64,000 nt of DNA from Candidatus Geocrenenecus dongiae (GTDB taxonomy: Archaea; Thermoproteota; Nitrososphaeria_A; Caldarchaeales; Wolframiiraptoraceae), in the NCBI GenBank assembly GCA_023267855.1, contig JALNLN010000001.1:23620-87619 (forward strand), given 5' to 3'. The translations under genes were made by a program, and so were the position numbers. The notes beneath the pieces are model-generated. The model made no database searches and was not told the DNA's origin. It was given only the letters and a program-made list of their open reading frames with translations. Positions 49,187-59,227 of this stretch are shown here, piece by piece. Position 1 is the first letter of the stretch. Each line of letters opens with the position of its first letter.

Positions 49187-49389
49187 TCTACACTTCTTAC
49201 CACTTTTACTTATTTAATGAATTATATAAAGACTTAACTATAGTTTTATGCTGAAGATTTATATATGTACATCTTCAATTCAATTTTTATACCCCCTAGA
49301 TCATTCTTCCAGTTTTTAGACGTTTTTAATAACATTTTTCCAATAAGATAGATATATATAAGACGTTTGCCAAAGAATATGCTAAGAAA

Positions 49390-50835
49390 ATGGTTGCAGA
49401 GATAAAAAGTAGTAGAGAATTGATGGAATTTCTAAGTAGGGAGAACATCAGATTTATTGATCTTCAGTTTACAGATATCCTAGGCAGGTTTCACAGTCTA
49501 ACCGTAACTAGAAATATTATTAATGAAAATTTGTTTGAGAAAGGCGTACCGAAGCTTGATGGCTCATCGATCAAGGGATTTACAGATATTTCTGATTCTG
49601 ACTTATTATTAAAACCCGATCTATCTACTTTCGCTCTGCTTCCATGGTGGACTGGTGAGTACAAAGCTGGTAGAGTGATATGTGATATATATCTTGGCTA
49701 TAATAGAGGCAGGCTTACAAAAGATCCGAGATATGTAGCTCAGAAAACAGAAGAATACTTGAGAGAACATGGATTCGATGCATGTTATATTGGTCCTGAA
49801 GTTGAGTTCTTCGTTTTTGAGAAAGTTTGGTGGGATGTATCTATACCGAGCCGAGGTATTGGATACTATATAGATTCTAGTGAAGCACCATGGGATTCCA
49901 AATCCCCAAGTCAAGACTACAAAATAAGAATTAAAGATGGTTATCTACCATCACTTCCACAAGATACTCTCGTAGAATTCCGTAATAATGTTTCAAGAAT
50001 TCTAGAAGATTATTTCAAGATAATTGTTGACGCTCATCATCATGAAGTTGCTACTGCAGGTCAATGTGAAATAGATCTAAGACACGATACATTGAAGAAG
50101 ATCGCGGATAACGTCCAAACCTACAAGTATGTTGTCAAGAATGTAGCTAAGAATATGGGGTTGATAGCAACATTTATGCCCAAACCCATATATGGAGATA
50201 ATGGTTCAGGTATGCATGTACACATAAGCTTGTGGAGAAATGGAGTAAACACATTCTACGATTCAGATGATCAATACGCTGAGCTAAGCCAAACAGCAAG
50301 ATACTTCATAGGAGGAATACTGGAACATGGGAAAGCACTCTCAGCTATAGTTGCTCCTACAACAAATTCTTACAAAAGACTTATAGCAGGATACGAAGCA
50401 CCAGTATACCTTACTTGGAGTAAATCTAATAGATCTGCAGTAATCAGAATCCCAGCATACCATAAGGGTAGAGATACATCAACTCTTAAACGTATAGAAT
50501 TTAGAGCACCAGACCCATCTGCAAACCCATACTTATGTTTTTCAGCAATAATTGCAGCTGGACTAGATGGAATAAAGAAGAAGATAGATCCAGGAGACCC
50601 GGTAGATGAAAATATCTATAAGCTAGCTGTAGAGAAGAAGAGAGAACTCGGTATAGAGAAACTTCCAAGCGATTTAAGAGAAGCATTACAATGTCTTCAA
50701 TCTGATAGAGAGTTCCTGAAACCTGTAATGAGTGATGAACTCATAAATACTTGGATAGAATTGAAGTTAGAAGAATGTGAGCAAGTAAACTCTATTCCAC
50801 ATCCATATGAATTCCACCTCTACTTCGATATCTAG
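49390..50835 (+). CDS. glnA: Glutamine synthetase type I
   Basis: DGSSI.GF, GPEVEF, HHEVATAGQCE, FMPKP..GDNGSGMH, GYEAP, NRSA.IRIP, RIEFRAPD. Confidence 0.96.
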   Translation: MVAEIKSSRELMEFLSRENIRFIDLQFTDILGRFHSLTVTRNIINENLFEKGVPKLDGSSIKGFTDISDSDLLLKPDLSTFALLPWWTGEYKAGRVICDIYLGYNRGRLTKDPRYVAQKTEEYLREHGFDACYIGPEVEFFVFEKVWWDVSIPSRGIGYYIDSSEAPWDSKSPSQDYKIRIKDGYLPSLPQDTLVEFRNNVSRILEDYFKIIVDAHHHEVATAGQCEIDLRHDTLKKIADNVQTYKYVVKNVAKNMGLIATFMPKPIYGDNGSGMHVHISLWRNGVNTFYDSDDQYAELSQTARYFIGGILEHGKALSAIVAPTTNSYKRLIAGYEAPVYLTWSKSNRSAVIRIPAYHKGRDTSTLKRIEFRAPDPSANPYLCFSAIIAAGLDGIKKKIDPGDPVDENIYKLAVEKKRELGIEKLPSDLREALQCLQSDREFLKPVMSDELINTWIELKLEECEQVNSIPHPYEFHLYFDI

Positions 50836-50893
50836 AAACAGATAACTTAAAAATACAAATCGTTAAACTTTTTAAGACATAGAGTGAGTTTAT

Positions 50894-51481
50894 ATGCCCT
50901 TAACTTTTCTACATGTAGTCTACGTCTGGTATATTCTGAGAAGGATGAATAAATTTAATCTACATGTGGTGGTTGGCTGCATGGTTCCAGATCTAGAGAT
51001 CCTAATACTCTACATACTAGGTTTCGGGATTCCTAGAAGTTTTCTCCATTCACCAATCGGAGCATTCATACTTGCTTCAGCAATCTCAATACTAATAATC
51101 TACATACTATTGAAGACAAAATTCATGGAGAAGGTCTTTAACGTAAATGTTATCCGGAGACCTAAAGAATTAAGAGAATATGTAAACCTGTGGATTGTTA
51201 CTGGATTATCATCACTCACACACGTCTTTATTGACTATCTACATCATTCTTATAATCCTATCTTGTGGCCTATTTATCCAATCTATATTGAAGGGCCGAT
51301 AGCCTATCTCATCGGTTATCTAAATGCTACTTTAGTTGTTCATCTTGCTTCAGTTATAATCCTCGTAATTATACTAGCTTACGCTAGTTGGAAGATGAGA
51401 ACTTCTATCCTAAAGATTATTACATCTCTACAGAAAATGTATAAAGTGTTTGTTGAGCCTGGATCTCTACAATTCTCCTAG
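50894..51481 (+). CDS. Membrane-bound metal-dependent hydrolase (DUF4184/YdjM-like)
   Basis: MPLT..H, G..VPDLE, R..LHS, HVFID, LWP motifs; hydrophobic. Confidence 0.75.
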   Translation: MPLTFLHVVYVWYILRRMNKFNLHVVVGCMVPDLEILILYILGFGIPRSFLHSPIGAFILASAISILIIYILLKTKFMEKVFNVNVIRRPKELREYVNLWIVTGLSSLTHVFIDYLHHSYNPILWPIYPIYIEGPIAYLIGYLNATLVVHLASVIILVIILAYASWKMRTSILKIITSLQKMYKVFVEPGSLQFS

Positions 51482-52642
51482 AAGCCTTTTGAATACTTCT
51501 TCTACGTACGGGTATCTCTCTGTAAGCTCTTTCATAGTTAGCATTTGTCTCTCTATTCTATCTAAGGCTGACTTGGCCGCTAAGCTCGGTGTCCAGGCTT
51601 CTCCTATACTTGTAAAGTTTACTCTATCTGTGGTAAGTTTGGCTCTACAATGTATTAAACGTTCTTCACCATGTTTTTCTTTATGTTCTTTGAAGTGGAG
51701 TAAGAGATACCCGTTACCTATAAACTCTCTAAACTTCTTAACGAAACTCTCTGCAACATTCATTATCTCATTCTTTTCTTGTTCTGAAATATTTGAGATC
51801 TTAAAGCTAACCTGGATGTTTACTGGAACTTTTTCACGTTCTTCAAGTGAAGCAATAACTTCCAGAATATCTGTCCACGTTATTATACCTATAACTCTTC
51901 TATTATGAGTTACTATGAGACATGATATGTCGTTGTCTATCATTTTCTTTACAGCATTCTCTAAAGTATCTTCTGGAGATGCTTCTACAACCTTTCTCGT
52001 CATTATGTTTGAGACAGGATAGCTTAGACTCTTAATTCTCTCTCCGACAACTTCTCCTAGTGTAGCTCTGGTTCTAGGTTGAACAACTTTCTCGAGGATA
52101 TCTCTTATAGTTACGATCCCAACCAGCTTATTATCCTTTATCACAGGTAGTCTCGAGATACCGTTTTCTCTCATCAAGACTAATGCTTTACCTATCGTTG
52201 TATCTGTAGTAATAGTGATAGGATCTCTAGTCATGACATCTTTAACCTTCATGTTCATCTTCAATTTCTCAGCAATAACCCTTCCCACATCTTCAACAGA
52301 TATTGTCCCGATAAGCTTACCTTCTTCATTAGATACAGGTAGACCTTTAACAACATTCTCTAACATATATCTTGCTGCTTTAGAGATTGTATCAGAAGTC
52401 TTCACTATAGGAGCTTTAATAGCGGCGTTCCTTGTTTTTAATGATTCTAAGTTTACTGTGCTTCTAATAACAACTCTATCAACAACGACCCCTAGATAAC
52501 GTCCCCTCTTATCTAAGACAACTACTATTGGTAAACCTGTTTCTCTAAAGATGCCTACACATTTACTTACAGGATCATCTTCATCAACAAAATAGATTTC
52601 ATATCTCATATAATCTCTAATAAGAGGGATCTCGTGAGACAT
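51467..52642 (-). CDS. Four-CBS-domain protein with C-terminal HPF/RaiA-like domain (candidate ribosome hibernation factor)
   Basis: Two CBS pairs (VKDVMTRDP, ISRLPV..KLVGIVT..D) then a beta-alpha-beta-beta-beta-alpha tail ending AAKSALDRIERQM. Confidence 0.75.
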   Translation of the reverse strand: MSHEIPLIRDYMRYEIYFVDEDDPVSKCVGIFRETGLPIVVVLDKRGRYLGVVVDRVVIRSTVNLESLKTRNAAIKAPIVKTSDTISKAARYMLENVVKGLPVSNEEGKLIGTISVEDVGRVIAEKLKMNMKVKDVMTRDPITITTDTTIGKALVLMRENGISRLPVIKDNKLVGIVTIRDILEKVVQPRTRATLGEVVGERIKSLSYPVSNIMTRKVVEASPEDTLENAVKKMIDNDISCLIVTHNRRVIGIITWTDILEVIASLEEREKVPVNIQVSFKISNISEQEKNEIMNVAESFVKKFREFIGNGYLLLHFKEHKEKHGEERLIHCRAKLTTDRVNFTSIGEAWTPSLAAKSALDRIERQMLTMKELTERYPYVEEVFKRLLGEL

Positions 52643-52728
52643 ATTCTCAGCCTTAACATCTCAATCCAATATTATAATCTTAACTAGCATGTACTCCATT
52701 CAACGATCACGTTAATATATTTCTATAC

Positions 52729-54213
52729 GTGTTATCCCATGTAGAGTTGGCTTATATACACATATATGGTGGTTTCGGAGAGATTGGAGGAAACAAAATA
52801 TTTATCTCTAGTAGAGATGGAGCCATATTTCTAGATTTTGGATTAAACTTGAAAAAGAAGAGAGAGTATAGTTTAGGATACGGTGTGGAAAGAACATCCC
52901 GTATACTGAAGAACTATTTACTCATAAACCTACTCCCAAATATTAGAGGCATCTATAGATCAGATCTATCAGAAGAGATTGAGATTAAACATTCTGAGAA
53001 AGTAGATGTGGACGCATGTATAATATCGCATGCCCATTTAGATCACTATGGTCTAGTAGGATTTCTAGAAAGTAATGTAAAGATAGCTGTCAGTAAGAGT
53101 ATGAAAGCGTTAATTGAGCATTCTATAGAGACTTCTGGTAGAACTGGTGTTGAAGGAGAGGTATTCAACTATAGAGATAAGAAGCTGGAAGAAGAATCTA
53201 GGAAGCATAAGTCTAAGAGACATGCGAAACATGTTGAGAGACCTATAGTCATCTTTGAAGAAAGAAGGAAGATTCCCAATATACCAGTACATATCGAGCC
53301 GCACCCCGTAGACCATTCTATTCCAGCATCATTCGGATTCATAATAGAAGTCGATGGTGTATCAATTGCATATACTGGAGATATTAGATTACATGGAGTA
53401 GTCCATCATTATACAGAATCTTTCATAGAGAAAGCTAGAGATGTAGAATACTTAATAGTGGAAGGAACTAGAATAGAAGACTCGGGTTCATTCTCTGAAG
53501 AAGATGTAAAACAATCCATGATGAAAGAAATTCAAAAGAAGTCTGGGAAATTTGTAGCTGTTTTAACATCATCTCTAGATATAGATCGTGTAAGAACAAC
53601 AATAGAAGTTGCTGAAGAATGTGGTAGAACAGTAATACTGTCTCCTAGAATATTCCATCTAATCTCAACACTCAAATCTGTGGAAAGTAGAGTAAAGATA
53701 CCTGAGATAACTTATGCTAAAGTTTACTTTGAGAAGAGGTCAATTATAGATGGTGGATACTTTCTCGATTCAAGTCACTATAGAAGTTGGTTGAAAAAAC
53801 TATACAAACAATTAGCGGATAAAGATATGTTGGTTAAATCTGAAGAAGTAAAGAGATGTCAGGAGAAGTACTTGATGATCTTTACGGGGCCACAGTATCT
53901 CTACGAGTTCATAGATATCGAGCCTTCGCCTGGATCACTATTAATAATCTCTACTAGCGAGCCTCATGATGAAGAACAAGAAATAGAGTGGGAAAAAGCT
54001 GAGAACTGGATAAATCTACTCAGACTAGATAGTAGATGGATACATTCTTCTGGACACGCTAATAGAGAAGATCTGCTAGAAATCATAAAAAAGATAAATC
54101 CAAAAAATCTAGTACCTGTACATACAGAAAATCCAAGAGAATATGTAAAGCTAGCGGAAAAAGAAAATCTTAAATGTAGAATCCTGCTAACAGAAAGAAT
54201 AAATTTAGAATAA
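52729..54213 (+). CDS. Metallo-beta-lactamase/beta-CASP ribonuclease (RNase J-like)
   Basis: GG.GEIGGN, LDFG, SHAHLDH, DHS, YTGD, EGT, HSSGHA, PVHTE. Start may be TTG 52747. Confidence 0.8.
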   Translation: MLSHVELAYIHIYGGFGEIGGNKIFISSRDGAIFLDFGLNLKKKREYSLGYGVERTSRILKNYLLINLLPNIRGIYRSDLSEEIEIKHSEKVDVDACIISHAHLDHYGLVGFLESNVKIAVSKSMKALIEHSIETSGRTGVEGEVFNYRDKKLEEESRKHKSKRHAKHVERPIVIFEERRKIPNIPVHIEPHPVDHSIPASFGFIIEVDGVSIAYTGDIRLHGVVHHYTESFIEKARDVEYLIVEGTRIEDSGSFSEEDVKQSMMKEIQKKSGKFVAVLTSSLDIDRVRTTIEVAEECGRTVILSPRIFHLISTLKSVESRVKIPEITYAKVYFEKRSIIDGGYFLDSSHYRSWLKKLYKQLADKDMLVKSEEVKRCQEKYLMIFTGPQYLYEFIDIEPSPGSLLIISTSEPHDEEQEIEWEKAENWINLLRLDSRWIHSSGHANREDLLEIIKKINPKNLVPVHTENPREYVKLAEKENLKCRILLTERINLE

Positions 54214-54282
54214 ATGATTTAGGAGAACTAAGTAAATCTACGGATACGTTAGTTAAAATAATAGTTTCAATCTCTACTAAAT

Positions 54283-55479
54283 ATGGATTGGAGAAGTAAG
54301 CTAAATATTGACCGAGTTTTCACATTAAGATATGGTGGGACACAGCTTTTCTTTGGTGTTGGAGCAGTAAGTAAAATCTCTACAATATTTGAAGAATTCA
54401 AGAAAGAAGGTTTAGATAGAGTTCTAGTAGTTACTGGTAAATCTTCTTACAAGATTTCAGGAGCATGGAATTATGTAGAGAAGGCGCTCATAGAATCTGG
54501 GTTAGAATACTATGTTTACGATAAGGTATCTCCAAACCCTACTGTAGATACTGTTGATGAAGCTGTAAAAATTGGTAGAGAATTTAATGCTAGGATAGTT
54601 TTAGGTATAGGTGGTGGGAGCTCTATAGATACGGCTAAGGCTGTTGGATGTCTCTTAGCTGTAGGTGGAGATGCTAGAGAACTGTTTATGAAGAGGGATC
54701 AGCCTAACAGATCTCTACCAGTTGTAGTGGTAAATCTTACACATGGAACCGGCTCAGAAATTAATAGATATGGTGTAGAAACTATACCTGAAAAGAATTA
54801 TAAGATCGGCATGCCTCTAACATACCCAGCATATTCTATAGATGATCCAAAGTTGATGATCAAGCTTGATAGATGGCAGACCATAGCTACCGCTATAGAT
54901 GCTTTAAATCATGCGACAGAAGCTGCAACAAACAAGCTTACCACACCACTCTCAATAAACCTGTCTAGAGAATCTGTACATTTAATCTTTAAGTATCTCC
55001 CAACGGCCATAGTTGAACCAGATAATTTACTAGCTAGATACTATCTTCTCTATGCTTCTATGTTGGCAGGTATAGTAATAGATCATGTAGGAGCACACAT
55101 CACCCATGCTTTAGAACATCCTATAAGTGGTATGAACCCTGAAGTTCCGCACGGCATAGGTCTCGGAATACTCTTACCTTCTGTAATAAGAATAATGTAT
55201 CTAGCTGTACCAGAAATACTTGCAGAACTCTACAAACCTATAGCACCACATCTAAGAGCTGAGCCTGGAGAAGCACATGAACTAGCTACAAGAGTAGAAG
55301 AATGGCTACTCAACATAGGATTGAATAAGAAACTCTCAGACTATGGTTTTACTGAAAAAGATTTATCAGACTTGATAAGATTAGTGAACGAGACACCAGG
55401 ACTGAAAAGTAGATTAGAACTATCACCAGTAACTGTAAATGAAGAAATCATTAAGAAAATATATACAGAATCACTATAA
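54283..55479 (+). CDS. Iron-containing alcohol dehydrogenase
   Basis: PNPT, GGGSSIDTAK, HGTGSE, DALNHATE, HALEH, PHG.G. Confidence 0.92.
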   Translation: MDWRSKLNIDRVFTLRYGGTQLFFGVGAVSKISTIFEEFKKEGLDRVLVVTGKSSYKISGAWNYVEKALIESGLEYYVYDKVSPNPTVDTVDEAVKIGREFNARIVLGIGGGSSIDTAKAVGCLLAVGGDARELFMKRDQPNRSLPVVVVNLTHGTGSEINRYGVETIPEKNYKIGMPLTYPAYSIDDPKLMIKLDRWQTIATAIDALNHATEAATNKLTTPLSINLSRESVHLIFKYLPTAIVEPDNLLARYYLLYASMLAGIVIDHVGAHITHALEHPISGMNPEVPHGIGLGILLPSVIRIMYLAVPEILAELYKPIAPHLRAEPGEAHELATRVEEWLLNIGLNKKLSDYGFTEKDLSDLIRLVNETPGLKSRLELSPVTVNEEIIKKIYTESL

Positions 55480-55527
55480 CAAATTATCGAAAACAATTAC
55501 GATCTCCCTAAAGGATGTGGAATGTAG

Positions 55528-55614
55528 TGCCCCGGGCAGGATTTGAACCTGCGACAACCCGGTCTCCACAATTCTTCTTCAGCCGGGCGCTCTCCCAGAC
55601 TGAGCTACCGGGGC
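55528..55614 (-). tRNA. tRNA-Phe(GAA) with 13-nt canonical intron (55564-55576)
   Basis: GCCCCGGTAGCTCAGTCTGGGAGAGCGCCCGGCT-GAA-G[AAGAATTGTGGAG]ACCGGGTTGTCGCAGGTTCAAATCCTGCCCGGGGCA. Confidence 0.9.
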
Positions 55615-55652
55615 TATCTTAAGATATTCTTAAGTTTCTAAAAAACCTTAAT

Positions 55653-56957
55653 CTAGATCTTTAATTGTTTAGCGAAATCTTCTATTACTTTTAGGAAGTT
55701 CTCTACGTCTTCTAATGTGTGGGAAGCGGAGAGAAATAGATGTAGGCTATCTTCTGTGAGAGCTATTATCTGATTATTTAATAGGTGTTTGAAAAGTTGT
55801 TTAGTTTTTTCTCGATCTTTTTCTAGTTGAGCTGTTTTTACATCTCTAGGCTCGGTTGGTGTGAAATGTATTCCGATTAGTGAGCCTATTCCAGTTGTAT
55901 GGCATGCTATATCTTTTTCTTGGAAGATCTCTCTAACCCCTCTTCTAAACTTTTCTCCTAGTTTTTCTAGATATGTGTAGACCTGCGGATTCTTCTCTAG
56001 TTCTGATAGTAGCGTGTATCCTGCACATGTCATGAGGGGGTTTGCTGAGAATGTTCCACCTTGAAATACTCTCTCAAAGTAATCTGAGTACTTCAATTGA
56101 TCTAATAACTCCATGATTTCTGTTCTTCCACCGAAAGCTCCTACTGCGAATTCCCCTCCACCAACTATCTTTCCAAGAATCGTTATATCTGGTGTAACGT
56201 TATAGATTTTCTGTGCCCCTCCCTCTGAGAGTCTGAAGCCTGTTATAACTTCATCGAAAATCAATACAATATTCTTTTCATTACAGATTTCTCTTAATCC
56301 TTTTAGGAACTCTTTATCTGCAGGTATCATTCCACCTGCTCCAGCTACAGGCTCAACTATGATTCCAGCTATCTCATTATTCTTAACTGCTTTCTCAACA
56401 CTTTCTAGATCATTGTATGGTAGAGTTAATGTATATTTGGTTGATTCTTCAAGGACTCCTGCTGGTAGTTTTCTATATGGTGGTTTCACGGCTATATGTA
56501 AAGCATCATATCCACCATGCCAGCACCCTTCAAACTTGATTATGGTATTCTTCTTCGTATATGCCCTCGCAAGTCTAACAGCATACATATTTGCTTCCGT
56601 GCCACTATTCGTAAACCTAACCATCTCTATACTTGGAACCATACTGCATATCTTCTCCGCCAACTTTACTTCCCACTCATGGGGGAGACCGAAGTGTCCT
56701 CCAAATTCTATCTGCTTTTTTACAGCTTCCACTACAGGTGGATAAGAATGCCCCATCAATTTAGCTCCATGCCCCATCCAGTAATCTGTATACTCATTTC
56801 CATCAATATCCCATATTTTCTGACCTCTTGCCCTAGATACGTAAATAGGGTATGGGTTGAAATATCTTATCGAGTATGAGACACCTCCAGGTAGAACTTT
56901 TCTAGCTCTCTCAAACATTCTACGTGAGGATTCTGTACAAGACACATAGTCAAACAT
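55653..56957 (-). CDS. hemL: Glutamate-1-semialdehyde 2,1-aminomutase-like class III aminotransferase
   Basis: PGGVS, NSGTEA, KFEGCWHG, FDEVITGFR, LGKIVGGG, GTFSANP. No hemA nearby, so it could be a paralogue. Confidence 0.8.
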   Translation of the reverse strand: MFDYVSCTESSRRMFERARKVLPGGVSYSIRYFNPYPIYVSRARGQKIWDIDGNEYTDYWMGHGAKLMGHSYPPVVEAVKKQIEFGGHFGLPHEWEVKLAEKICSMVPSIEMVRFTNSGTEANMYAVRLARAYTKKNTIIKFEGCWHGGYDALHIAVKPPYRKLPAGVLEESTKYTLTLPYNDLESVEKAVKNNEIAGIIVEPVAGAGGMIPADKEFLKGLREICNEKNIVLIFDEVITGFRLSEGGAQKIYNVTPDITILGKIVGGGEFAVGAFGGRTEIMELLDQLKYSDYFERVFQGGTFSANPLMTCAGYTLLSELEKNPQVYTYLEKLGEKFRRGVREIFQEKDIACHTTGIGSLIGIHFTPTEPRDVKTAQLEKDREKTKQLFKHLLNNQIIALTEDSLHLFLSASHTLEDVENFLKVIEDFAKQLKI

Positions 56958-57023
56958 ACGTAGTAGATAACTTAAGACTAGTATTTTAATGGTGAGTTGT
57001 TATGGAGTCTATAGAAGAATTTT

Positions 57024-58082
57024 TTACAATGTTCTTTGAAACCTTCTGTAGTTTTTAATATGTAGTGCGAGGAAGAATGGGGCTCCTATAGCTGATGTTA
57101 TCGCACCTATTGGTAGTTCTGCGGGAGCTATAGCTATTCTAGCTATTATATCTGCTAGTACAAGTATTGTTGCTCCTGTAAACATGCTTGAAGGTATTAG
57201 GAGCCTATGGTCTTCACCTACAATTAAACGGGAGATGTGGGGGGCGAGGAGACCTACAAAACCTATTACACCATTAAAAGCAACTGTCGTAGAAGTAAGG
57301 AGAGCGAGAGAAGTTATTAAGGAGTATTTGACCAGCTTTACGTTTAAACCTAGTTGACTTGCTTCCTCATCTCCAAGTATTAGCACGTTTAGATTTCTAG
57401 CATTTAAGAGAACGTAAACCATCACTACAATTGAAACCGGTATCAATATGCTTAGGAATCTCCATGAAGCTGTTATTAAGCTTCCGAATAACCAGAAGAT
57501 TATTCCGAAACTCCTACCAGCTGTAAGCGTAATAACTATGGTTGTAGCTGAAGAAAAGAGAAAACCTATAGCTAAACCCGAAAGTAGAAAACTTAAACTA
57601 GATCCTCCACTTAAACGTGTAAATAGTAGTGTTAAGATTAGTGAAAACAATGCTCCCAAGAAAGCTGTTACAGGATAAGCAAAGATGGATGAATGTGATG
57701 TAATTGTTATTCCTAGTAGTATAGATGTTGAGACAGCGAAAACAGCTCCAGAAGAAATACCGCCGATAAACGGATCTACTAGAGGATTCTTAAAGATTCC
57801 CTGCATTACAACCCCAGCAGTTGCCAGAGAAGAACCTATAACAATAGCTGTAATTATCCTAGGTATCCTAGTACTCCAGATAACATCAACTCCATACATA
57901 TTACTACAGAGAAAATTAAGACGTGTTAAGATACATGGTAGATCTTCTATCTTCAAATCAATAACACCAGAAAAGAGAGACAATATACTTGAAGCAAATA
58001 ATGCTAGAAATCCCGTGAAGATTATCAAGATTAAAGTCTTCTTCTTATATTTTATGAAAGATTCTTCCACCATCTCCAGCAC
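57024..58082 (-). CDS. FecCD/BtuC-family ABC permease
   Basis: RIPR, QGIFKNPL.DP, GDEEA..LG, G.IGFVGL..PH, ELPIG. Confidence 0.92.
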   Translation of the reverse strand: MLEMVEESFIKYKKKTLILIIFTGFLALFASSILSLFSGVIDLKIEDLPCILTRLNFLCSNMYGVDVIWSTRIPRIITAIVIGSSLATAGVVMQGIFKNPLVDPFIGGISSGAVFAVSTSILLGITITSHSSIFAYPVTAFLGALFSLILTLLFTRLSGGSSLSFLLSGLAIGFLFSSATTIVITLTAGRSFGIIFWLFGSLITASWRFLSILIPVSIVVMVYVLLNARNLNVLILGDEEASQLGLNVKLVKYSLITSLALLTSTTVAFNGVIGFVGLLAPHISRLIVGEDHRLLIPSSMFTGATILVLADIIARIAIAPAELPIGAITSAIGAPFFLALHIKNYRRFQRTL

Positions 58083-58083
58083 G

Positions 58084-59202
58084 TTAACTTGAACCTATCT
58101 CTGATATAGAGTATTCTAGATATTTCCTATAATCACCGCCTAAAACATTGGGTATCTTTACATTGAATAATTCTGGATAAAGTATCTTAGCTAGTATCTC
58201 TACTGCTTCATGCGCTCTCGGCCCAGGTCTTGCAAATATGTTTTCAGCTTGATCATATAGTATATAGATTCTTTCACTCTTTACTGCTTCGACTTTATCT
58301 ACTCCAGGCAGGTTTCTAAGTTTTGCAATAATTTCTTCTGGACTCATTCCAAGCATTCCCGAGAGTATGATTATGGTTTGCGGGTTTTTCGCAACTATGA
58401 CTTCAGGGCTTGTCATGAAGAAGCCTTCTGCATCACCCATAACATTGTATCCATCTGCGGCTCCTATCAAGTCATCTATGAATGTATTTCTTCCAGCAGT
58501 CCATATAGGTTCAATCCAGCCAATATAGAGAACACTAGTCTTCTCTCTTACAACGTTAAGCTTAGACTGTAAATTACTCAAAGTATTCCTCATACGGTTC
58601 ACGATCTCGAATGCCTTCTCCTTTACACCCATTATCTCCCCAATCAATATCATCCCATTGTAGATGTCTGTGAGTGATGCTGCATGTAAGGCGACGACCT
58701 TCAATCCTTTCTCTTCTAGTATAGCTACATAGTTGCCCTGTAATCCAGCATCTATAAAGACTATATCTGGTGAGAGTGAAACAATCTTCTCTATACTTAA
58801 AGTTACAACACCTCCAACATCTTCTATCACGCCTCTCTGCTTAAGTGTCAGTAACTCTGGAGGATAATCGCTATAACTATCTACTCCAACAATCTTTTCT
58901 AGTAATCCTAAGTATGCGAGCATCTCAGTTATACTTGGAGCGCATGAAACAATCTTCAAAGGCTCCTTCTCGATTACAACCTCCCTACCCATAAAATCGA
59001 TAAACTTCTTTGGATAAACTTCCACACCAACCTGAACTACAGAAGAAGTAGAAGTTACAGTATACGTCACGGTATGGTAAGATGTAAAAGTCGTTGTCGA
59101 AATAATAGTTTGAGAACTCGATAATAAAGCAAACTGAACACCATTAAAAATCAGGCTTAGAATTAACAGAGAAAGAAGTATCACAATTTTCCTTTGAATC
59201 AT
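58084..59202 (-). CDS. BtuF/FecB-family substrate-binding protein
   Basis: N-terminal TM plus Thr-rich linker, KIVS.APSITE, GVDSYSDYP, RPGPR. Start at ATG 59202 preferred (abuts the operator). Confidence 0.9.
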   Translation of the reverse strand: MIQRKIVILLSLLILSLIFNGVQFALLSSSQTIISTTTFTSYHTVTYTVTSTSSVVQVGVEVYPKKFIDFMGREVVIEKEPLKIVSCAPSITEMLAYLGLLEKIVGVDSYSDYPPELLTLKQRGVIEDVGGVVTLSIEKIVSLSPDIVFIDAGLQGNYVAILEEKGLKVVALHAASLTDIYNGMILIGEIMGVKEKAFEIVNRMRNTLSNLQSKLNVVREKTSVLYIGWIEPIWTAGRNTFIDDLIGAADGYNVMGDAEGFFMTSPEVIVAKNPQTIIILSGMLGMSPEEIIAKLRNLPGVDKVEAVKSERIYILYDQAENIFARPGPRAHEAVEILAKILYPELFNVKIPNVLGGDYRKYLEYSISEIGSS

Positions 59203-59227
59203 ATTGGATGGATGATCCATCCAATAT
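59201..59227. promoter_or_regulatory. Perfect 13-bp-arm palindrome, operator candidate
   Basis: ATATTGGATGGAT-G-ATCCATCCAATAT between a TATA-like GATAAATA (minus strand) and ATG 59202; matches 22525-22547. Confidence 0.72.

Noticed and set aside
49187-49389. NrpR-type operator upstream of glnA
   Set aside because: No GGAA-N6-TTCC found by eye.
52660-52680. ATATTGGAT partial match to the ABC operator upstream of the CBS-HPF gene
   Set aside because: Partial half-site only, with no palindromic partner.
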